IMG/VR virus record: IMGVR_UViG_3300031183_000001
Source: a virus
Strand: one strand, 5' to 3'
Length of the DNA: 38,483 nucleotides
Below the pieces are notes generated by a model. The model saw only the letters and a list, made by a program, of their open reading frames with translations, was not told where the DNA came from and made no database searches. Of the stretch, positions 31,388-38,483 are shown piece by piece; the first letter of the stretch is position 1, and each line of letters begins with the position of its first letter. A program made the position numbers and the translations under genes.

Positions 31388-32233
31388 TCAGGTCTGGGAC
31401 GCGAACGCGGTTGCGATCCCGTCCGGGCGGATGACCTTGGCGCCGTACACGTACAGGCCGCGCACCCGGTCGGCGAAGCGGTCCTCCGAGCGCATCGCCT
31501 CGGTCTTGGTGATCTGACTGGCGAAGGTGATCGCGTCGGACGTGCCGGCCAGCACCAGGTAGTCGTCGCCGGTCACCACCGGCATGTTGTTGCTCTTGTA
31601 CAGCTGGAAGCCGGCGGCCTGGCCGATGTAACCGCGCCGCAGAGCGGTCCCGCCGTCAGCGGCCGCACTCGCGTCGATGAACCGGTCGTCCCTCTGCAGC
31701 CGGCCGTGCAGCCACGGCGGGATGACGCACCAGCGGCCCTCGGACGGCACGTTGGCCTCGTCCAGTTTCACGCCCAGCGGGACGAGGATGTTGTCGTACA
31801 CGTAGCTGGGATTGGCGGTCGGCACCGAGACGGTGCTGAGCGCGTTGCCGGCGGCGACCTGCGTATGCAGCGACGCGATGTACTGGTCGACCACGTCGGC
31901 GATCGCGTACGCGGCCTCGTCCATCGCCTCGGACACGAAATCCCCGCGCGCCTGGGCGCGGTCGACGTCGTCGACGGTGAACGCCCAGTACTTCTCCTGG
32001 TCGACGACCAGGGTCCGCTCGGCGTCGTTGAGCTCTTCGTAGGTGATGTTGCTGTTGCGGGTATAGCTCTGAACCGTCGGCCGGGAGATCGACGTGATCC
32101 GCACCGTGTCCCCGCCACCCCGGATCTCACCCTCGTACCTGCGGTTGCACAGGCTGGCGAGGACCAGGTTCTTCTTGAGCGAGGTCAGGAGCAGCGCGGA
32201 CCAGATCTCCGGCACGAACTTCGTGATGGCCAT
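31388..32233 (-). CDS. Major capsid protein, 281 aa
   Basis: ATG at 32233 with GAGGAAGGG upstream. The N-terminus MAITKFVPEIWSA resembles coat-protein families from memory. Lies after the scaffold gene. Confidence 0.88.
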   Translation of the reverse strand: MAITKFVPEIWSALLLTSLKKNLVLASLCNRRYEGEIRGGGDTVRITSISRPTVQSYTRNSNITYEELNDAERTLVVDQEKYWAFTVDDVDRAQARGDFVSEAMDEAAYAIADVVDQYIASLHTQVAAGNALSTVSVPTANPSYVYDNILVPLGVKLDEANVPSEGRWCVIPPWLHGRLQRDDRFIDASAAADGGTALRRGYIGQAAGFQLYKSNNMPVVTGDDYLVLAGTSDAITFASQITKTEAMRSEDRFADRVRGLYVYGAKVIRPDGIATAFASQT

Positions 32234-32246
32234 CTGGCGCCCTTCC

Positions 32247-33020
32247 TCAGGTCATGAGGTGCTTGAGCCGGCCTTCCGCGTACGCCTTGGCGATCTCGTC
32301 AGGCGACATGGAGGCGAGCTGTTCGCGGGTGATCGGTGCCCCGGCCCCGCTACCGGCGCTGAAGTCGCCGCCCGACGGGGGCGGCGGCGGGGCCTGAGCG
32401 GGCTGGGGCTGGGCGGTCTCGGCCCGCATCCACGGGGCTGACTGGACGATCCGTTCGATCGTCGCCGTCAGCTGCTGCGGGAAGTCCGGCGCGCGCGGGT
32501 CAAGCTGCTTGGCAGCCTCGGCCCACGGGATGCTGGACAACAGCGCGGCGGGGTTGACACCGAGCTGCTGCGCGGCGGCGAGACCGTGCTGGGTGACGAC
32601 CGCGGTCCGCTCCGAGATGCGCCGTTCTGCGTTCTCTCGCCGAAGGCCGGCGATGAGGTTCTGAGCCCAGCCCGGCAGGCGGGAGATGTCCCGGTCATCC
32701 GGATCACCTTCCTGGCTGTCGGCGGGCTGGGGGAGCGGAGCGACCGGAACGTACTGCGGTCCCGAGGCCGCGGGCGAGAGCACCTGGCCCTGGCCCTGGG
32801 CGGGGACGAGCATGTACCCGGGCGGCACGTACACCGGTTGGCCCTCCGGTCCGGGCGCGCCGGGCGCCACGGGTGCCGGTGGGGCCGGGGGTGCGGCCGG
32901 CGCGGTGGCCGGGGCCGCTGGGGTGGCCGGACCGCTGGTGGGCGCGCCAGGCGCCGCAGGGGCCGAGCCGGTAGGCGGCGACGACGGGGTCGGTTCGCCG
33001 GTGGGTGTGGTCGTGGTCAT
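32247..33020 (-). CDS. Scaffolding protein, 257 aa
   Basis: Pro/Ala-rich N-terminus and helical C-terminus. Sits between the MuF-like and capsid genes. Confidence 0.8.
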   Translation of the reverse strand: MTTTTPTGEPTPSSPPTGSAPAAPGAPTSGPATPAAPATAPAAPPAPPAPVAPGAPGPEGQPVYVPPGYMLVPAQGQGQVLSPAASGPQYVPVAPLPQPADSQEGDPDDRDISRLPGWAQNLIAGLRRENAERRISERTAVVTQHGLAAAQQLGVNPAALLSSIPWAEAAKQLDPRAPDFPQQLTATIERIVQSAPWMRAETAQPQPAQAPPPPPSGGDFSAGSGAGAPITREQLASMSPDEIAKAYAEGRLKHLMT

Positions 33021-33081
33021 GCGGAGGCTCCTGGTCTCTCGCGTGGTGTGGTGTCCCGGCGCCTGGCCGGGGTGGTCTGGT

Positions 33082-34218
33082 TCAGCGAGGCAGGTTGCCG
33101 GCGCCGATCTGCTCGCGGTAGCGCAACCTCTTCAGCTCCGGGTTCCGAGCGAGGTGCGCCCTCATCTCGGCCTGCCACTGGCGGACCTTCGCCACGGCGC
33201 CTGCCTTCGCCTCGGGCGTGAGGGCCGCGGCCTCGCGCTCTTTCCACTTCCGGATCTGCCGCTCGATGGCCCGCTGCCTCTCCTTGGCCTCGTACCCCTT
33301 CGGGTTGGCCGTGGGGCGGGCCGGGCGGCGGGTCGCCCCGGGCAAGTAGGCCCTGAGGCTGTGCGTGCAGTTCGGGTGCTGCAACCCTGCCGCGCGGGCC
33401 TCATCCACGCTGCCGGCGATGTCCACCACCACGGTGCCCTCACCGACCATGCTCGGCAGCTCCACCCGACCACGCAGGTTGCCGGAGATGGACAACACCT
33501 TGCCTTCCCACGGCCTGCACCGAGGGCACTCCCGTGGGCTGTCGGACACGATCACCGTGTCCACGCCGAGGCTGCTCAGCCGGTCTGTCTGGCCCTGCAC
33601 GGCGGCCCGCTGGGTGACCGTGCGGACGGCCATCTCGACGTACGACGAGAGCCGCCAGGTACGCCCCCGGGAGTCGGTGAAGCTGGTCACGCCCTGGTCG
33701 ACGAGCCGGGCGTAAGCCCACTGGCTGGCCTGCCGACGGGTCATCCCACCAGCCACACTAACCGCGGTCGCCTGCTGGATCACCGTCCGGTACACGTCCA
33801 GCACGTGGCGCAGAACATTGGCGTGCCGCTGTCCGACGTCCGCGACCAGGGCGGCAGCGAGCGCTTCGATCACTGGGGTCCGGGCGAGCTGCCCGGCCGC
33901 CGCGGCCACAGCGTCCGGATCACGAGGTAGCAGCTGTGCAGGTAGCTGGGTTGTGGCGATCGCCTGCCCGGTGCGGTACGCCTCGGCGAGCGTGGCTCGT
34001 AGCTCGACCGCCGATTCGTCGGCGACCGCGTCTAGGATCCGCTCGGCTATGCGTCGCAGCGCGGATACCTGGGCGAGACGCGTGGCCGCCCAGTCCGGGG
34101 CGTCCATGCCTGCAGCGAGACGTCGGGTGACCTCTCGCAGGATGGCCTGTTCGGCTGCCCGGTACAGCTCGACCACGGACCGGGTAATCGCTTCGATCTG
34201 GTCGCCGGTGAGCGCCAT
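33082..34218 (-). CDS. MuF-like / SPP1 gp7-like minor capsid (head morphogenesis) protein, 378 aa
   Basis: Contains CPRCRPWEGKVL...HPNCTHSL. Lies directly downstream of the portal gene. Confidence 0.85.
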   Translation of the reverse strand: MALTGDQIEAITRSVVELYRAAEQAILREVTRRLAAGMDAPDWAATRLAQVSALRRIAERILDAVADESAVELRATLAEAYRTGQAIATTQLPAQLLPRDPDAVAAAAGQLARTPVIEALAAALVADVGQRHANVLRHVLDVYRTVIQQATAVSVAGGMTRRQASQWAYARLVDQGVTSFTDSRGRTWRLSSYVEMAVRTVTQRAAVQGQTDRLSSLGVDTVIVSDSPRECPRCRPWEGKVLSISGNLRGRVELPSMVGEGTVVVDIAGSVDEARAAGLQHPNCTHSLRAYLPGATRRPARPTANPKGYEAKERQRAIERQIRKWKEREAAALTPEAKAGAVAKVRQWQAEMRAHLARNPELKRLRYREQIGAGNLPR

Positions 34219-34221
34219 CGG

Positions 34222-35820
34222 CTACTCCTCCGGCTCCGCCGCCTGGTCCTCATTGCCGGCCAGGGCGCCGAGCGCCGGCCCGATCTCGACCGGGGCCGGC
34301 CGATCGCCGCGGATCCGGGCCACCTCGGCCTCGACCTGCTCGTCAGTCCAGTCTGGATTCCGCAGCCGCACCATCTCCCAGGTGGAGATCGCGTCGGCGG
34401 CGGAGAGGTACTGGATGATCTGGGCCTGGGTCAGCGGGTCGATCTTGACGGCGTCCGGCCACTCGATCTGCGGGCGCTGCGGGCGGATACCGGAGCCGTA
34501 GACGGCGGCGTCGACGTGCGTCCAGGTTTCCAGCAGGTCGGCGAGGGCTGATCGCCAGTAGCGGATCTTCCGCTCTCGGGTGATCAGCGACTTACGGTCA
34601 CGGGAGTTGATTTCGGTGGCGGTTACCGCCTGACCGTCCTGCGCGCCGCTGCCCAGCGTGCCGGGGCTGTAGCCGGCCGACTGGATGATGTCCCGCTTGA
34701 GCGCGTCGATGGCTTGCTGGTGCTCCTGTACCCGGATTGCGAACTGGACCTGCTCGATCTGGATCTTGTCGCCGCCTTCGGCGGCCATGGCGTTGACCGC
34801 CTCGTAGAGTTCTTGGTCCAGGTCCACCGTCGCACCCTGGCCAGGGCCGAGATTCTGCATGTACTCGCGGGGCACGACCAGCCGGGCCTTGCCCAGGTCG
34901 ATGTCTCGCACCAGCGACGAGTACGTCAGGTCCAGCGCGTCCAGCAGCGGCTCACAGCCGGCGATGTCCGGCCGGCCCAGGTGGACCGCATCCGGCATCG
35001 TCCGCCAGATCCGGTTCGGTCTGGTGTTCGGCACGTACACGGCTGTCAGCCGGTCGGTGCCGGTGCGCAGGCCCTGCCCATCGACGAGCCGGTCGCTGGC
35101 CAGCGGCGCGGTCTCCGGCCGCTCGGTCAGCGGCATCGGCCGGCCTAGCTCGTCGACGGTGCCTTCGTAGAGGCCGTGCCACACCCAGCCGGGCTCGTGC
35201 CGCTCCAGGTGCCGCCACACCGTGCGGCCGTCCCGCCCCAGCTCCCGCCAGAACGTCACCGCCGACAGGCTGCCCCACTTCCATTCGGGGACGGCGACGT
35301 CCGGCTGGACAGCGGTGATCCACGGGTACGGGCGGTCCGGACCCCACACGATCCGCAGGTAGACGCCGCCCATGGCCGCGCAGATCTCGGCAGCCTCCAG
35401 CAGGACGGCGTGGGTGTCGTCCTGCCAGAGCAGGTCGAGGCGGGCCTGGGCGGCCTCGTCGACGGGCTGGCCGTCGGGGCCGTCGGGGTCGGCGGTGACC
35501 CGCGGCGGCTCGGAGAAAAGCAGGTCGGCGGAGGCGGCGGCGATGTCGCCGGCCAGGGGGACGTGCAGGCGGGTGCGCTGCTGCGTCCGCGCCGTCGACG
35601 AGGACCAGAACCAGCGGCGCACCCGGTCGACGGCCTTGCTGAGGCGGCCGAACCGGTACTCGGTAGACTCCGTTGCTCCGCTGGGAGTGAGGCCGCCACC
35701 GTAGATCGCGGCGAGCTGGTTGGGGTCGCCGGTCCACCACGCCGCCCACACGGCCAGCTGCTCGTTGACCTTCTGGCAGGTCTTCGGCGGCCACTCAATG
35801 TTGCCGTCGGGTAGCGGCAT
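34222..35820 (-). CDS. Portal protein, 532 aa
   Basis: ATG at 35820 with GGGAGG upstream. Size and position after TerL fit a portal. Confidence 0.9.
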   Translation of the reverse strand: MPLPDGNIEWPPKTCQKVNEQLAVWAAWWTGDPNQLAAIYGGGLTPSGATESTEYRFGRLSKAVDRVRRWFWSSSTARTQQRTRLHVPLAGDIAAASADLLFSEPPRVTADPDGPDGQPVDEAAQARLDLLWQDDTHAVLLEAAEICAAMGGVYLRIVWGPDRPYPWITAVQPDVAVPEWKWGSLSAVTFWRELGRDGRTVWRHLERHEPGWVWHGLYEGTVDELGRPMPLTERPETAPLASDRLVDGQGLRTGTDRLTAVYVPNTRPNRIWRTMPDAVHLGRPDIAGCEPLLDALDLTYSSLVRDIDLGKARLVVPREYMQNLGPGQGATVDLDQELYEAVNAMAAEGGDKIQIEQVQFAIRVQEHQQAIDALKRDIIQSAGYSPGTLGSGAQDGQAVTATEINSRDRKSLITRERKIRYWRSALADLLETWTHVDAAVYGSGIRPQRPQIEWPDAVKIDPLTQAQIIQYLSAADAISTWEMVRLRNPDWTDEQVEAEVARIRGDRPAPVEIGPALGALAGNEDQAAEPEE

Positions 35821-35837
35821 CAGACCTCCCTTCCAGG

Positions 35838-37127
35838 TCAGGCGGCGAGCTGAAGCTGGTGGCGAAGCAGGTACCGCCACACCGAGCGCGTCGAGTAGAC
35901 CGCGTAGCGCAGAGCGTCGATCCCGTGATCATCTGCCTTGATCGGCTGCTCGATGCCCTTCGCGGCGGCGTCGTCGTCCCACGAGTAGCCGGGGATCTCG
36001 GCGAGCAGGTCGGTGCAGTCGGCGCTGATCCGCAGCAGCCCGAGCCCCAGCAGCGAGGACAACGCCTGGATGCTGGGCAGGACGGCGTTGTCGGCGACCC
36101 TCGTGGGCAGGCCGGCCTGGTGCATCTGGACCCGCAGCTCGATCGCCGAGGGGTCGACGATGACGTAGTCGGGGGTGATGCCGGTGAGCCCGGTGCCCGG
36201 GATCGGCACGTCGTGCAAGAACTGGCGGATCCGGTCGACGTACTCGGACACCGTCAGCTGGCGGCGCCGCAGGGACGAGTCCCAACGCCACTCGCGAACC
36301 ACGTACAGGACCCCGTCGACGCCGAGGCCCACGACGACGGCGTGGAGGGGGTTGCGGGTGCCGTGGTCGACACCCATGGAGATCCACCGGGTGATGGCGG
36401 GGATCTGGTCTGGGGCGATGACGTGACGGGTCTCGTCCCACATGTCGAAGACGGCGCCCTCGGCTTGCACCCACTCGCCGCGGATGAAGCGGCGGTACCA
36501 GAGGCCGGTGTACTCGGCCTTGAGGTTGGCGACGTAGGCGGGGTCAAGGTGTGGGTTGTCGTCGAGTGTCGAGTGCCAGGTCCTGAGGTTCAACTCGCCA
36601 GCGCGCAGCAGGTACTTCTTGCGGAGCCAGTGGGTTGGGCTGTCTGGGTTGGTGGTGCCGAACAGCTGTGCCCCAGGGACCGACAGCCGGGCGAGCACCT
36701 GGGTGAAGAAAGGCTCCGGGATGGTGGTGAGCTCGTCGCCGTAGGCGAGGCACAAGGTCATGCCGCGCACTTTGGGTTCGCTCTTGGCGTCGTTGGCGCC
36801 CAGGACGTCGACCTCGCGGCCCAGGATGCTTCCGGTTGGCGCGCCCGGGTTGTACTTGACCAGCCGTGCGAGTGGGCCGAACAGGGCCGGATCCTGGAGC
36901 ACGGAGAAGACGTTGCGGTTGACGCTCTCGCGGGTCTTGCCGAACAGCAGCACCCGGCCGCTGGCCGGGGCGGTCGCGACTGCCATTAAGAACCGCAACA
37001 GGCTTGCGACGGTCTTACCCGACCGGACGCTGCCCTGCCAGATGTTGATCCGGGCTGTCGACTCGACCACGCTGCGGAGGTGGATCGGCGACAGAGCCCG
37101 GGTGACGGTGTCGAGGTCAATCGCCAT
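35838..37127 (-). CDS. Terminase large subunit, 429 aa
   Basis: Walker A QGSVRSGKT. A C-terminal nuclease-like region with acidic motifs. Overlaps the end of TerS. Confidence 0.92.
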   Translation of the reverse strand: MAIDLDTVTRALSPIHLRSVVESTARINIWQGSVRSGKTVASLLRFLMAVATAPASGRVLLFGKTRESVNRNVFSVLQDPALFGPLARLVKYNPGAPTGSILGREVDVLGANDAKSEPKVRGMTLCLAYGDELTTIPEPFFTQVLARLSVPGAQLFGTTNPDSPTHWLRKKYLLRAGELNLRTWHSTLDDNPHLDPAYVANLKAEYTGLWYRRFIRGEWVQAEGAVFDMWDETRHVIAPDQIPAITRWISMGVDHGTRNPLHAVVVGLGVDGVLYVVREWRWDSSLRRRQLTVSEYVDRIRQFLHDVPIPGTGLTGITPDYVIVDPSAIELRVQMHQAGLPTRVADNAVLPSIQALSSLLGLGLLRISADCTDLLAEIPGYSWDDDAAAKGIEQPIKADDHGIDALRYAVYSTRSVWRYLLRHQLQLAA

Positions 37128-37620
37128 CGTGCTGGTTGAGCTGGTCGTACGCGGCGCCCAGGCCGCGGGCGAGGGCGCCGAGCATGCTCTTCGCGGCGTC
37201 GAGGCCGGGGTCAGCGTCGTACTCGTCGAGGCGGAGGCTGCGGTCGATCGCGGCGCCGATGGCCATCATCAGATCCCGCTGGTCCCGGGCTGGCGGCTGC
37301 GCGAGGACGCCGGTAACGAGGTTGCCCTCGCGGTCGAACTGGTAGACGACGTAGGGCACGTGCAGGCGGGCGCGGAGCTGGTCAACATCGTCGAGCAGGG
37401 CCAGGGCGAGCGCAGCCCGGCGTGCCCTGGCATCGGCCTTCTTGGCCTCGGTGGCGGCTCTCACCTGTTCACGGTCGAAGGTGAGGCCGAGCCGGGCGGC
37501 GATCCGGCTGACGGTCCGGCCTGAGCGGCCCATCGCCGCGGCGATGGCGTTACGACTCAGGCCCTGGGCATGCAGCTCTCTGACCCGGTCGTGGTCCTCC
37601 TGGGTGACAGGCCGTCCCAT
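37117..37620 (-). CDS. Terminase small subunit (N-terminal HTH), 167 aa
   Basis: Contains HAQGLSRNAIAAAMGRSGRTVSRIAARLG. ATG at 37620 with GGAGGTGA upstream. Confidence 0.8.
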   Translation of the reverse strand: MGRPVTQEDHDRVRELHAQGLSRNAIAAAMGRSGRTVSRIAARLGLTFDREQVRAATEAKKADARARRAALALALLDDVDQLRARLHVPYVVYQFDREGNLVTGVLAQPPARDQRDLMMAIGAAIDRSLRLDEYDADPGLDAAKSMLGALARGLGAAYDQLNQHDGD

Positions 37621-37806
37621 GGTTCACCTCCACCGGGCGCGGCGAGCGGGCCCTCGCCCGGGGTGTGCGCGGCTGGGCCACCACATCCAGCCGCGCACGC
37701 ATCCCCCCGCCACCCGCGCCGTCAGCCGGTCCGGAGACGACAACAGCCCGGTAGGGCGGCTCTACCGGGCTGCGGGCACACGCCACCTACGGCGTGAGTG
37801 AACAAA
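37621..37806. promoter_or_regulatory. Non-coding region upstream of terS with inverted repeats (terminator; candidate cos/pac neighbourhood)
   Basis: GTGCGCGGCTGG 37665-37676 pairs with CCAGCCGCGCAC 37687-37698. CAGCCCGGTAG-N7-CTACCGGGCTG at about 37744-37772. Confidence 0.4.
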
Positions 37807-38049
37807 TCATGCCGCGCGGGGCGCGGCCGGGGCAACTCGACGCGGCCGGCCCCGGGCGGAGCGCCGCACGGAGCGGTCGATCTCGGCGGCGCGTGCGAGG
37901 GGATACAGGACGGTGCGGCCGTCTCGGTAGGCGGGGAGTCCGGCGCGGTCGGCCCAGCGTCGGATCATCGCCGGGGTGACGTCGGGGCCGAGGACGGCGG
38001 CCAGCTCGGCCGCCGTCCCGTAGTACTCCTCGCCTAGGACGCGGATCAT
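37807..38049 (-). CDS. Small HTH DNA-binding protein, 80 aa
   Basis: ATG at 38049 within track ORF 37807..38259. Contains YGTAAELAAVLGPDVTPAMIRRWADRAGLPAY. Confidence 0.7.
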   Translation of the reverse strand: MIRVLGEEYYGTAAELAAVLGPDVTPAMIRRWADRAGLPAYRDGRTVLYPLARAAEIDRSVRRSARGRPRRVAPAAPRAA

Positions 38050-38078
38050 GCCGCCCAGGGTACGCACCCCGCGCACCC

Positions 38079-38102
38079 ACACCATAAGTGTCATTATGGT
38101 GT
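38079..38102. promoter_or_regulatory. Palindrome ACACCATAA-N6-TTATGGTGT overlapping a candidate TTGGGA-N16-TATGGT promoter (minus strand)
   Basis: Read directly. This is the only clearly A+T-richer patch between the split gene and the HTH gene. Confidence 0.5.
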
Positions 38103-38137
38103 TCCCAAATCGGACACCCGGACGCTGTAAGCGGGCG

Positions 38138-38483
38138 TCATGCGGCCGTCGCCGCCGCCACCGTCGCCCACACGTGCGCCGCACCCTCCACCACGACCGG
38201 CATCCGGCACCGGCACCCCTGCCCGGCACAACGGCACCGCGCCCCGCAGACGACGACACCGTGGTGACGGCCAGTCGGCAGCAGCCTCAGCGGTCGGGCC
38301 CCGCAGACCGGGCACTCGGTGCCGGCGAGCAGCTCGCCGGGCGGGTCGAGTCGCAGGGCGGCGCGTACCCAGCGGTCCTCGTCCCGGAGGTGGCGGACGA
38401 CGACGGCGACGGTGCCCGGCTGGAGGCCGGGCAGCGCGGTCTGGAGGCGGGCGAGCGGGTCGGGGCCCGGGTCGGCGCCGACC
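38138..38483 (-). CDS. 3' part of the 208-aa hypothetical protein split by the linearisation point (Cys-rich C-terminus)
   Basis: Same frame as 1..408 when the circle is closed at 38356/1. TGA at 38140-38138. C-terminus reads ECPVCGARPLRLLPTGRHHGVVVCGARCRCAGQGCRCRMP. Confidence 0.7.
   Translation of the reverse strand, partial: VGADPGPDPLARLQTALPGLQPGTVAVVVRHLRDEDRWVRAALRLDPPGELLAGTECPVCGARPLRLLPTGRHHGVVVCGARCRCAGQGCRCRMPVVVEGAAHVWATVAAATAA
38357..38483. repeat. Terminal 127-bp copy, identical to 1-127
   Basis: Same sequence as 1-127. Confidence 0.95.

Larger units (their letters stand above)
1..38356. mobile_element. Complete, circularly closed temperate siphovirus-like actinophage genome (window is a linearised circle)
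   Basis: Replication, packaging, head, tail, lysis, integrase/attP and repressor modules are all present. There is an exact 127-bp duplication at both window ends, and an ORF reads through the junction in frame. Confidence 0.85.

Overview
The window is a linearised circle. Bases 1-127 are identical to 38357-38483, so the unique length is 38,356 bp. It reads as the complete genome of a temperate, siphovirus-like phage of a high-G+C actinobacterium (roughly 70% G+C by eye).

Almost the whole lytic programme is on the minus strand and runs as one long series of translationally coupled genes. It starts at a divergent switch region (9481-9663) and proceeds in this order:
- Two small excisionase-type HTH genes.
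- Early and replication genes: a RecA-like ATPase, an SF1 helicase, a DnaD-like initiator with internal repeats, and a DnaC-like loader.
- A gene that crosses the linearisation point.
- An HTH gene, then TerS, TerL, portal, a MuF-like protein, scaffold and major capsid protein.
- Connector proteins and the major tail protein.
- The G/GT tail chaperones with a -1 frameshift, then the tape measure and minor tail proteins.
- An amidase endolysin and a holin.

The lysogeny module is an XRE repressor (plus strand) convergent with a tyrosine integrase. Next to it is an attP core that is the 3' half of tRNA-Lys(UUU).

The accessory arm between attP and the lysis genes (11.6-19.9 kb) is mostly on the plus strand and holds the most unusual content:
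- A WhiJ-type XRE/DUF5753-like plus DUF397 gene pair, bracketed by five copies of one palindrome.
- A four-gene operon encoding multi-pass membrane proteins and a TraB-like FtsK/SpoIIIE translocase. It has a divergent small HTH gene, palindromic operators and two candidate cis-acting repeat arrays. This architecture is typical of Streptomyces conjugative plasmids and AICEs (actinomycete integrative and conjugative elements) rather than phages.

A reverse-oriented lipoprotein gene is wedged between the tail chaperones and the tape measure gene.

All functional calls come from reading motifs in the translated ORFs. No database search was run. Many long ORFs in the supplied track are Arg/Pro/Gly-rich shadow frames and were not called.
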